DNA of 64,000 bases from a virus (lineage: Duplodnaviria; Heunggongvirae; Uroviricota; Caudoviricetes). Positions 52,695 through 64,000 of the stretch are shown here, piece by piece. Each line of letters opens with the position of its first letter. Positions within the stretch are counted from its first letter, which is position 1. The position numbers and the translations under genes were made by a program. The notes below the pieces were generated by a model, which did not search any database, was not told the DNA's origin, and saw only the letters and a list, made by a program, of their open reading frames with translations. Where the stretch lies: the IMG/VR virus record IMGVR_UViG_3300028886_000047. One strand, 5' to 3'.

Positions 52695-55600
52695 ACCAGT
52701 AAAAAAGAAAAGAGGACGTCCCAGAAAAAATCCTCTTCCAGAAGAAATTCAATCACTTATCGAAGAAGTAAAAGAAAAGCGAGAGGAGATTCAACAGCAA
52801 ATTAAACAAGAAGAATCCGATAAAATTGAATCAAGAGAAGGGGAATGGGATGTTAAAATTGGAGATGAGATTCCTTATTTTGATAAAAGATTATCCTATG
52901 AACATACTGGATATAAACCAATAACAGAAACTGAAGGATTAGATTTTAATCCGAAATGGTTTACAGAAGCTAGGGATACTTATCTAAAGACTGGACATTA
53001 TACAACATTTTTTCCTGGGTCTAAAGCATATAAAGATTTTTGGAATTAGGAATATAAACGGTGTAAAAATGGATTAACTATTAATGGATATACTATTACA
53101 GGATTTAATTATTATTTCTTAAATTACTACCAATTACCAAATACAGATTAGGAAAAAGCAGGCGATAGTCGTTCTATTATTTTTCCTAATTTTTTTACAT
53201 ATCAATATGAGTTTTTTCATTACTTTGAATTATGTAGAGTATTAAAAAGAAATGGGTGTTTAATGAAAAACAGAGGGTGTGGGGCTTCTGAAATGACTGC
53301 TTCAATCTTTGATGACTTTTTTAATTGTTTTAAAAACAGTATTTGCTTATTAACGGCATTTGATAGTAATTATGTAGAGAAAACATTAGATAAAATATGG
53401 AATGGAATATCCTTTACTGATGACAATACTGATGGAGGAATGTTAAAACTTCGTCAGGTAATAAATACTAATACTAAAAAACGTTCTACACACTATAAAG
53501 TTGTAAACGGACAAAAAATTGAAGTAGGATTTGGTTCATAGATAGAAGGTATTGTTGTAGATAAGGATAGAAAAATGCGTGGCGACCGTGTTGGATTTTT
53601 ATTTTTAGAAGAATCTGGCTCTAATCCTATTTTGGAACGTTCTTTTATTAAAGCTGAAGAACTTGTTACTGTAGGTGGTAATAAAATCGGAATAATACTA
53701 GCTGCTGGAACGGGTAGATAAATATTTATTTAATAATAAAATATGTTGAAAATATTTTAAGTAATTTTATTTGTATTAAATTATGAATGAAAGAGAAAGA
53801 AAGCAATATATAATTAATTTAGCAATAGAGGAGTATTTAAATACTCCAGATAATGATAGAAGTTTAACTAAACTTAGCCAAAAATATGGTGTAAAAAGAC
53901 AAACTCTATCAAGACATCTTAAACAAAGAGGATATGAAGTAATAAATTATCAAAATAGAGTAAGATGTGATGAAACTGTTTTTGATTCCATAGATAATGA
54001 AGAATCTGCATATTGGTTAGGTTTTTTATATGCAGATGGAAATATAAGTTCGACTGGAAATAGATTAGAAGTAAGACTTTCCATAAAAGATTTAAGTCAT
54101 TTAGAAAAATTTAGGTCTTTTCTAAAATTAACAACTGAAATAAGAACTGGCATTTGTAATGGGAATGGGTTTTGTCATTTATCTATTAGAAATAAACATT
54201 TATGGAATACACTCAATAACTTAGGATGTCATCCAAGAAAATCCTTAATAATAAAATTTCCAAAACTTAATATTTTTAAAGGAAATATTAAAAAATTAAT
54301 TTTACATTTTATTCGCGGATATGTAGATGGCGATGGATGTTTAAGTATGTATAAACCTAAAGATAAAAATACCTTTAGAACTGAATTAAGTTTAGTAGGA
54401 ACAAAAGAATTTTTAACAACAGTAAATAAATTATTCAAGAATAAAGGATACATTAGAAATAAGTCTTGCAAGAATTGGGAAAATAAAGCTTATTCTTTAA
54501 GTTTTTCTGATCTTATTTCTAGGAAAATTGCTAGATATTTATATGAAGATTCAACAATATATTTAGAACGTAAATATAATAAATATTTGCAATTCTGCTC
54601 CTTAGAGGATGAAAGTCCATTAAGAAAATCGAGTAAAATCGGTAGATTCTGTGATGAAAATACCGAGGTAAGTTCTAAGATTACGAAAGGCTTAGAAACA
54701 CCGTAGAGCGTAGAAGGTGAATAAATATAATCCTTCCAAGAGTATTCGACATCTTAACTATAATAGAAAGATGAAAATGTACGCCGAACTATAAAGAAAA
54801 AGAATTTATAGAAGTTAAGATAAAAAGCTTAATGATAACAATTTGGGTGACAGCGGTCCGGCTCTTCAAGGGTTAAATAAAGTTTATTATAATCCTGACG
54901 ACTTTTTAGTATTACCTTTTCATCATAATTATACAGAAACAGGAGATTGGGTAACTACTGGATTCTTTATGCCTGCTTATATAACAATGAATAAAAGAGG
55001 ATATACTGGAGAAAGAGGTGAATATCTTTTAGAAAAGTAGAAAGAATTTTATACCAAAAGAAGAGAATCTTTTAAAGACCCTCAAACACTTCTTAGTTAT
55101 AAAGCAGAGCAATGTTTTACAGCTGAAGAAGCATTTGCTGCTGAAGGTGTAAATAAATTTAATAAAGTAAAATTATCCGATTAGATAATAAGAATACGTA
55201 TAAAATAGGAAAAGCCTCAAATTCAAAGAGGTTATATGCAATTTACTTATAAAGATGGGAGTCGTAATCGTAACAGTATTTCTGGTGTAAAATTTATTCC
55301 AAAAGCAGATGGCCCAGTACATGTATTACAGCCTCCTTTATGGGAAATTACTTATGATAGAGAACCTGACGAAACGCAAGAAGCTTTTGAAGAAAGAAAA
55401 AAGAATGAACAATCTGATGGAACAATAGTATCTGAAAAAATAAGTAATCTTTATGTTGCAGGTATTGACGGTATTGATATAGGTCAATCCGAAACTTCAT
55501 CAGAAACAAGAAATCCTTCAAAATTTTGTACGATGATAAAAAGACGTATCTATGGCAATAAAGAACCAGAATACGTTGCATATTATATAGATAGACCTAA

Positions 55601-57209
55601 TGATATTCGAGAAGCTTACAAACAAACTATAGGTTTACTAATGTGGTATAATTGTTTAGCAAATCTAGAAGCTACTCGTATGTCAGTATTAACTTATGCC
55701 AGAGATAATCATTTCATGTAGTATTTTATGCGTAGACCAAGGTCTTGTTTTAGCGATATGACAAAAAGACGTAGTGTTAATTAGTATGGAACTACTGCGA
55801 CTACTCCTATGATTGACCATCAAACTTAGTTAATCGCTGATTATATAGAAGATTATTCTCACAATATTTGGTTTATAGATTTGCTTGATTAGCTAATGAA
55901 ATATACTGATGAGAATAAGGGTAAATTTGATATGGTCGCAGCTATGAGTATAGAACATGCTCACTTATATAGAAATATATAATGTAAAATTCTGAAAAAT
56001 CGGTGAAGACTAAGATAATTATATTTATTAAAGAAAATAAAATTCAGACGTGTATAATCGTAATTATTATGAAAATAACTTATAAAGAATATTTAAATAC
56101 TTATTGTCCTCTTTATACTCATCATACGAGTAAAAGAAAGATTAGACATGATTTTTTTAAAAGAATAGATAATGAATTGCAGGCTTATTTATTAGGATAT
56201 ATAATGGCTGATGGAAGTATAAATGATAAAAGGGCAACACTAACAATACATATAAACGAAAGAGATGAAGAAATATTTAAATTGTTTAAAATAATAAGTC
56301 CTAATGCATATATTGAAAAATGTCAGCCTACAGAATCAAAAGCTCTAGTAAATGGAAGAACTGTAAAGAACAACGGAAGTATTAGACTTTCCATTGCGAG
56401 TTCAATTTTAATAGAAGATCTACATAAATTAGGAGTAGTTCAGAATAAAACATATGAACAATTATCTATTCCTAATATGAAAAAATCATTAATAAGACAT
56501 TTCATTAGAGGATATTGGGATGGAGATGGATGGTTTACTTGGGTAGCCCGTAAACCAAATCCTAAAAATAGGGAAAAAAATTGGAGAATTTCGGGAAATT
56601 TTGGTATATGTGGAAAGACAGATAATCTATTTTTAGAAATACAAAAAATATTATAGGAAAATAATATTATATGTAACGTTAATTATTTAGAAAGAAAAAA
56701 ATATTATACTATAATTGGAAGTTCTAAGAAATCAATTATAAATTTTTATAATTTCCTTTATCAAGATTCTCACTTTTATTTATCCAGAAAATATAATAAA
56801 TATAATTATTATGTTAATACCGAGGTAACTTAGTTAATCACTGAGTACCGTAACGCGTAGGAGGTGAACGTTAATGAGAGTAATAATCCTCCCATGAGTC
56901 CAGAACATCTTAACCCTAAAGAGAAAGATGAAAATGTACGCTGAACTTATAGGAAACTATAAGAACTATAGGATAAAAAGCCTATGGGATAACATATTGA
57001 TGGCTGAAGTTGGAGACGAAGAGTTAAACGACATACTACCTAAGAAAGTTGAAGTTATATCTAAAGAATTTCAAGACATAGGATATTATATAGATGAGCG
57101 TGGTTATCGTAGATTTGGAGTAATTCCAAAAGTTCGATAGGTAGAAGTAAAAGCTAGATGGGATTTATATGATGGACGAAATGTTACTAGCGACCCACGA
57201 TATAGATGA
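52687..57209 (+). CDS. terL: terminase large subunit, spliced join(52687..53715, 54846..55949, 57000..57209), recoded
   Basis: KNRGCGASE Walker A, LEESG, GTG|GDSG, YVAGIDGIDIG, NLEATR, FDMVAAMS|MAEVGDEE; 781 codons. Confidence 0.88.
53716..54845 (+). mobile_element. group I intron 1 of terL
   Basis: GGU| 5' site, ...AUUUG| 3' site; AAUACCGAGGUAA, GUAGAGCGUAG, GAAAAUGUACGCCG. Confidence 0.85.
53783..54723 (+). CDS. LAGLIDADG homing endonuclease (TAG at 54704 probably read through to TAA 54721)
   Basis: YWLGFLYADGNI and HFIRGYVDGDG motifs. Confidence 0.9.
55950..56999 (+). mobile_element. group I intron 2 of terL
   Basis: UGAGU| pairs with IGS GCUCA; AAUCGGUGAA, AAUACCGAGGUAA, GUAACGCGUAG, AAUGUACGCUG; terminal G. 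Confidence 0.85.
56069..56944 (+). CDS. LAGLIDADG homing endonuclease, recoded
   Basis: YLLGYIMADGSI and HFIRGYWDGDG; frame continues past the TAG at 56654 to the expected YLSRKYNKY. Confidence 0.85.
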
Positions 57210-57487
57210 ATGATTTAGAAAAAGAAATTCTCAAATTAATTGAGAAATATTATAAAAAGAAATATATTGGCGGAATCAAGGTTACTCGTTTACTATCAGG
57301 TGGTTATAAATTAGCTCTTGATTTGGGTAACCCTGATAAAGCTGGTATAGAAATTGCAGCTGATTATACAGATGCAAAAGATTTTTTAAAATTTATTGAA
57401 AAAGAACTAATATCAAGACGTTTAATTAAAGTTCAATTTTTTAAAGGCTATCGAATATACGATGAAGAAAGAAGAACTAATTGCTAA
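57206..57487 (+). CDS. small conserved protein between terL and portal
   Basis: ORF track. Confidence 0.6.
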   Translation: MNDLEKEILKLIEKYYKKKYIGGIKVTRLLSGGYKLALDLGNPDKAGIEIAADYTDAKDFLKFIEKELISRRLIKVQFFKGYRIYDEERRTNC

Positions 57488-59642
57488 AACGGATTTAACT
57501 ATTGCTGATTTAGTTTATGATAAAGTAGAATTAAAAAAGGCATATAACTATTATAATTGTGAAAGGGATTAGGAATAGTTTAAATATCTTGAAGAAAATT
57601 TCGGAATAGGTTAGCCAACATCTGTAGAATTTGTACCTTTAATTAGGAAACATGTAGATGCCTTGGTAGGAGAGTATTTAGGAACTCCAATTCTTCCGAA
57701 AGTTTCTTGTAAAGACTCTGAAACAGTAAATAATATTTTTAGAGAGAAATAGTTAAAAATAGCTAATGAATGTTTTAATTTATTATAGAGAAATTTAAAA
57801 AATAATCTTTTAAGATTTCTTGGAAATTAGAACATGACAGATTTGAATATTAAAGAACAATTAGATAAATTAGTTGAAGATATAAATGAAAATTTTATAT
57901 CTGAATATGAAATTGCAGGATAGAATGTTGTTGAGTATATTATTTAGTCTAAAGATACTGATTTAGTAAATAAACTAAGATAGTTATTTGTAGACTTACT
58001 TGTTACTGGATACAATTTTTATCGTGTAAAACCTTCTGATTCTGGAAGTAACATAGAAATCGAATGTTTAAACCCATTAGATGTTTTTCCAGATTTAAAT
58101 TATAATTCTCCTTATATAAATGAATCTTATAGAGTAGTTGTACGTACATTCATGCATCGTGAATAGATTATTTCTAAGTACAAAAACAAACTATCACCAG
58201 AAGATTTAAGAAAAATTAAGGATGAATGGAGAGAGTATGCTGCTTATTCAGATTCATTTCTTATAAGAAGTTATACTAATAGGGATGGCACTCCTTCTAC
58301 TAATGGAATCAGAGCTGGAGAAGAAATAACTCCAATTCAAGATGATGACAATAGATGGTATAAGAAAGACATACTTCCAGTTTATGAAGTCGAATGGCTT
58401 GAAGCCGATAAAGAAGGAGTTATGTAGAGATATTCTACAATACGTATTGGAACAGAAATATATATATTACAAGGAAAAGAAAATGTTGTAAGAACTAAGG
58501 ATAATCCTAAAAAAGCAACATTATCTGTCAACGGAATTTGGTTTAATAATAGAGGAAGAAAACCATATTCTATGGTTTTAAATTGTATGGTCTTGTAGGA
58601 CAAATATGATTTATCAATATTTTATCGTGATAAATTAATAGCAAACTCTGGTTCTGTAGGTGATTGGTTAAATATGCCAACACTTCCAGCTTTCCTTGGT
58701 GATAGTCTGCCAGAAAGAATTACTAAATGGCTTGCTTATAAAAAAGCAGGTATAGGAATAATAGATACTGGGCAAGAAGGTTAGCTTAGTACCGGACAAG
58801 CTCCTATGAATACACTTGTTAATGGATTTGATGATACTGTAAAAGTATAGTCAGTACAAGCAATTCAATTAGTGATTGATTCTATAGAACAAACAGCTTC
58901 TTCTATTACTGGAGTATTTAGAGAACGTTTAAATGGAATACAACAACGAGATGCAGTTACTAATGTACAAACTGGAATTAATAATTCTTTTATAGTTACT
59001 AAATAGTGGCATTTTTAGATGGATTTAGTAACTAGAGAAATTTTAATTGATTCTTTAAACTGTGCTAAAATAGTTTGGAAAAAAGGACTTACAGGAACTT
59101 TAATTCTTGGAAATAAGTTATAGAAAATATTTACTGCACTCCCTAAATATTTTACAGTTACTGATTTTGATATACATATTATAACTTCATCAGAAGTCAT
59201 AAAAGAAATGGAACAAATAAAAGCACTTGTTCCTGAATTTATAAAAGGTGGCATTGTTTCTCCCGATATTTTGATGGATATATTAACATCTAAAAGTCTT
59301 AGTGAAATGAAGAGCAAAGTTAATAAATCTATTAAAAAGTAGAGGGAAGAAAATAATTAGATACAACAACTCACGTAGCAATTAGAACAAATGCAAAATG
59401 AGTTACAAAAAACGTAGCAAGAATTACAAAAGTCTCAACAAAAGATAGAAAGCCTTAATGAAGCCAAACTTCAACTTGAGCAACAAAAACTCAAACTTGA
59501 AAATGATGTAGAAATGTTTAAAGCTAAAACAGATAGAACATTTAAAGAAAATAAGGCTGAAAATGATACTAAACGTACTGAAATTGAACTTATGTAGTTG
59601 TATGATGGAAATCCTTATAATGACGAAGTAAAAAATGTGTGA
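57462..59642 (+). CDS. portal protein (crAss-like), about 20 in-frame TAGs
   Basis: 727 codons; AYNYYN..RD..F.YLEENFGIG.PTSVEF.PL..KHVDALVGEYL; Gln-rich C-terminal coil with interspersed TAGs. Confidence 0.85.
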
Positions 59643-60231
59643 TAAAATAATTACTGACAGAGATTGTAATACTATAGTTTAGTATGAGGAATTTTTAGAA
59701 CCTTATGTTTATGTTTACATATTACAATTAAATAAAGCTAATGGAGAGACTATTAGTCAAACTCTTGTTAGAACAAGTGTTGAGGATAAAATCCGTTTTA
59801 CAATAGGGCAAGACGGATTTTATACTCTTTGTAAATTAAAAGTTCCTAAAGATAATACTAAACCGTATTATTATAAAGATGGAAAATTTTATAAAGGAGA
59901 TACTGAAATAGACCTTCAAGAATTAGTAGAAACTAATCATTCTATTACTGGGGTGGATATTTCATATTATTATTATTTCCAACTTTGTAAATTAAGAGCT
60001 TGTTATATAGCTCTAGCTCAACAAGTTCTTGATGAACGAAGTGGAATTAGATGTGATAATGATGTAAAATCTTCTTCAATTTATAAACGAGATTTAGTTT
60101 GGTCTGCTATAAATACCATTATGTATATGGCAGAAATAGAATAGTTTGAAGAAGCTGAAAGATTATTAGAAAGTATAGTCGGGTGTAACGGATTATGCGA
60201 TAAAGAATATTCTAATTGTGGTTGTCAATGA
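59635..60231 (+). CDS. recoded structural-region protein, Cys-rich C-terminus
   Basis: 199 codons; includes ORF 59953..60144. Confidence 0.65.
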
Positions 60232-61220
60232 GAACAGATTGTGGTTGCATAGAAATTAAACATGAACCTCTTGAATTTGAAATAACAGGACCTGTTCCTA
60301 ACCTTACTAGATATCCAATTGTTCTTCCAAATACAAGTGAAGAAGATTGGTGTCGTTTGAAAAATAAAATTATATTTGATTTTCAAGATGTTGTTAAAAA
60401 ATTAGAGTGTGGAATACAACCTGACATTGAATTATTATTAGAAGAAATATCTATATTATATATGAATAGTAATTGTGGATTTGGAGTAACCAAAAAAATG
60501 TATGCTTCTGACCCAGAAGAAGATTATTTTTTAAGACATAGTAATTTACTTTCAGAATTTAATACTCAAGAAGAAAAGGATTAGGTTTTAAGAAATCTTG
60601 GAATATATGATACTCTACAAGAAATATCAGAAACTACTATTACAGCTGAAGAAGTTGAAAGTATTGTTAATAGTAAAATTAATCCTGTAAATACTAAAAT
60701 AAATGCTGCTAATAATAAAATTGCTTTATTAGAATCAGCATTGGGAATGAAAATTGGGTATGTATTTACAGAGGATGGAATGTGTTATGGATTTAGTGAT
60801 AGAGATAACTATAACAGTTGGGTAACATCTGGCAAATCAAAAAATTCTCCATTAATAATTGTAAGTTGGCAATAGGGTAAAACAGAAAGTGATACTCCAA
60901 CTCCAACTCCCACTACATATAATACTTATTATAAAGCAACAAATTCTGAATTTACTGGAACTGATTTATCCAGTTTTCAAAGTACCGCTTCTAAAGAATT
61001 TTAGTTTGGCGTTAATAATACTTATTTCTATATAGTTACAGCTGGATACACACTAAAACAAGTAATAGGTGGAACTATTGATATATTGTATAATAATCTT
61101 CTTAATAATAATCCAATGACTTTAACTAGAACATGGACTTCGAATGGAATTACTTATAAAGTATATGAATTTCATTCGGCTGCAAATTATGAGAATGTAA
61201 TTTCAGTAACTTGTGTATGA
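60228..61220 (+). CDS. recoded structural-region protein
   Basis: 331 codons; includes ORF 60216..60584; TPTPTPT linker. Confidence 0.65.
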
Positions 61221-64000
61221 GATAGAGTATTAATATTTCTAGACCTATTCATATTCCTAATCCTCATGCAAATATAGATGTTCTATACGGACCCTATAAC
61301 TCTGTAGCAGAAGCTTTAGAAACTATTCCAAAAGTAATTAGAGAACTTGGATTAACTGTAGGAGTTATTTATAATAGTTCTATTATAGAATATTAGTGGA
61401 AATCTGGAATTGAAGATAGTGATTTAGTAATTAAATAGGAATAGGTAACTAAAAGCGTTCCTGTATACACAACCAAAATGGTTGAAGAACTTCATCCGCA
61501 AGGAGATTATGTATCTATTCCTGATGACACTGATTTAGATAAAGAAATTAAAAATAAAACTTATTATACTTCAGAAAATGGACAATTAGCAAATATTTTA
61601 TTTTCAGCATTAAGACAACTTCAAGCTGAGGTAGCTATGCTAAAAAACTCTTTTAAATATGGAATAAATTCTTATAAAGATAAAGATACAGCATTTTCGG
61701 GAGTATTAGAAGATTATTTTACAGATATAGAGGATGAACCTTTATGGACTATTGATCCAGAAGCTTTATCATTAATTGAAGAAGTTCCAATGACCAATGA
61801 ACATACACTTAATGGAAGAGTTATAGTTGATAAAAAAACTCTTAGAATAGATGGGATTGGAATTTGGGAATCTAATAGAGTTAATGATAATACGGACCCA
61901 AAATTAATTTTTTATGTAACAGCTTCAAATAATAATGTTACCTTTGATTTTACTAATATATATGTTCATATTAATGAAATTACAAATAACAGCTCTCCAT
62001 AGAGTATAATGTTAATATTAAATAGAAAAGTAGAAGGCAAAGGTAAAAATTATATTTATGTGACTATTGATAATATATCAGAAGATAAAAATATAATTAA
62101 GGGTTATTATAATCCAACAACTAATTCTCTACAAGAATTTGTATATGAATTAGAAGAAGAGCCTATATTTAATCAAATATCCTTTGAAAATATTACACTT
62201 AGTCATTTAGCTGCTTATTCTAAATATCAAGATTTTTCTGGAGAAATTATTCCAAGTAAACCAAATGAGGAGTATAAATTAGATGTAGCACATATAACAA
62301 TTCGTAGTGTGCAAACTTATTAGATGTTAGAAGAAATTGCTAAATATTTACAAGAAGCTGAATTAGTATATTGCAAAGCAAATAAAAGATTATATATAAT
62401 AGATGATGGAAAAATTCAAAATATAGGAACTAAATCCTCAGAACCAGAAAGTGGAATGACAGAAAGTGAAGTATTAGAGAAATTAAGTAAAATGGGTATA
62501 GTATCTCTAGAAAATGGAGATTTATCATTATCTAAAATTTCAGATATTACCCTTATTAACGAAGATATAGGAGATTCTTATAAATATTATATAGATGCTT
62601 ATGGAGAGTTACAACATAAAAAAGTAATTCCAAATGAATAGAAATTGGCTTTTAAATTATAGGGCAAAATTCTTCCTGACCCAAATATTAGAGGATTTGT
62701 AGCTAATTTAAAAAAGTTGGGAACAGAACTTAATCAAGATTATAGATTAGATTCCGATAGAATAAAAATAGGGTCTGTCTATGCACCATTAGATGCTGAC
62801 ATTATACATGGATGTTCTCATGGTTTCATTGAACTTGAAAATACTTCAGAAGAAGATTTTGAACTAGAAGGATGTTATCTTCACTGTGCTAAGAATTTTC
62901 CAGGAATAGGAGATAAAGTTTATCACCTCCCTTTAACAGGAACGCTTCCAGCTGGAGGAACTTATTTAATTAGATGTAAACAATATTCTAATTTTGATGA
63001 TGTTAATACTTTTATAAAAGTTAAAAGTTTTGATTAGGAATGGTATGTAAATGGAGAATTACTTGATTTAACTATAAATCAAAAAGAAACAAAATTAGGA
63101 TTTGCTTTAACATATGGAAATTCTTTTAATGGAGACGAATTAACTGCAACTACTGTTCTAGTAGCTAGTTTGGCAGAGGCAGATCCAATTATTCCAGAGG
63201 AATATAAAGATATGTTTGGAAAGTTTGTGTATAAATGTAATAAATATTTTATTGACGGAGTTTATATTAATAAAGCATATACTAATTCTAATAAAGTTGG
63301 CTATTGGGCTTGTGGAAAAAATCCAGTTATAGCTACTGAAAGTAACTCTATATATAAAAATACTTTTGAATTAGACCCCGCTAAACAAGCTTTTCAATCC
63401 TTAACTACAATAGATAGTAGTAGGTCTAGATGGGGAAATGGAAAAACCGATTACTAGCAATTAAGTCTTGATAAAGAATATATATCATTTCCAAATTCTG
63501 AAGATATTTATCCAATATCTTACTTTACTCCAAAAGCATCTTTTGAGCATAAAAATGTATGTACTGATAAATCTAAATTAGATTTAAATAAACCTAATAT
63601 GGTAACTTGTTCTTTTGGAATAAATATTTATACTACAAGATGCTTTAATTGGATTTCAGCTGGATTATTTGATGAATATGTTTTTTATAAGAAACAGGGA
63701 ACTAGTACTTGGACAAGAGTAGCTTCTTATGGAGAGGCGGATTCTACTGGAAAAAGAAAATCTTTTAGTAATGAAATTGAAGAAATAATATATAATAGAA
63801 TTACAGGAAGATTTCCAGCTAATAATACATTATTTACTTCTCACAAATGTATTATTGATTTTGATGCTGTTCAAACTCCTACACAATATACTTATAAAGT
63901 AGGACGTTCCACTAAAGATGGATAGCCAGATTTGGAACACTGTTCAGAAGATTATACATTTACATTATATCCAACATCTTATAAGCCAACTATAATTTAG
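61217..64000 (+). CDS. very large recoded virion protein (lamin-tail-like and purple-acid-phosphatase N-terminal-like segments), runs off the window edge
   Basis: One frame joins the six track ORFs from 61478 to 63925 via TAGs; FIELENTSEEDFELEGCYL; FGINIYTTRCFNWIS...YTYKVG. Confidence 0.75.

Noticed and set aside
56928-57140. Independent 70-aa gene
   Set aside because: Its N-terminus is intron 2 sequence and the remainder is terL exon 3
48692-64000. Right arm as pseudogenes or frameshifted sequence
   Set aside because: Interruptions are in-frame TAG only, frames are kept, and a CUA suppressor tRNA is present
1-64000. TGA recoding (code 4/25)
   Set aside because: TGA terminates many genes with ATGA overlaps, no long frame requires its read-through, and no UCA tRNA was seen

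Overview
The window is a 64-kb segment of an AT-rich crAss-like (Crassvirales-type) phage genome. The Bacteroidota host is inferred from a TTTG-N19-TAnnTTTG promoter and Bacteroides-type OmpA and lipoprotein genes. The left arm (1-42.8 kb, minus strand) holds a replication module (primase, intron-split AAA ATPase, DnaB-like and SF2 helicases, RNase H), lysis-like genes, two tRNA arrays, homing endonucleases and many short accessory ORFs. A divergent strand switch at about 42.8-43.15 kb has iteron-like repeats upstream of an HTH/Rep-like gene. The right arm (mostly plus strand) holds an amber suppressor tRNA(CUA), a GroES-like gene, TerS-like and TerL genes (two group I introns with LAGLIDADG ORFs), portal and structural genes. 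Late, structural and lysis genes only make sense if TAG is read as a sense codon (most likely Gln, code 15), so the supplied ORF track fragments them. The most unusual RNA-level observations are: an anticodon-less tRNA-like domain nested in P8 of a group I intron that interrupts tRNA-Leu(UAA); a complete hammerhead ribozyme heading a long hairpin-rich leader; and a tRNA split at its anticodon by a cassette carrying an intact tRNA-Arg plus an HNH gene. All calls are by eye; no searches were run.
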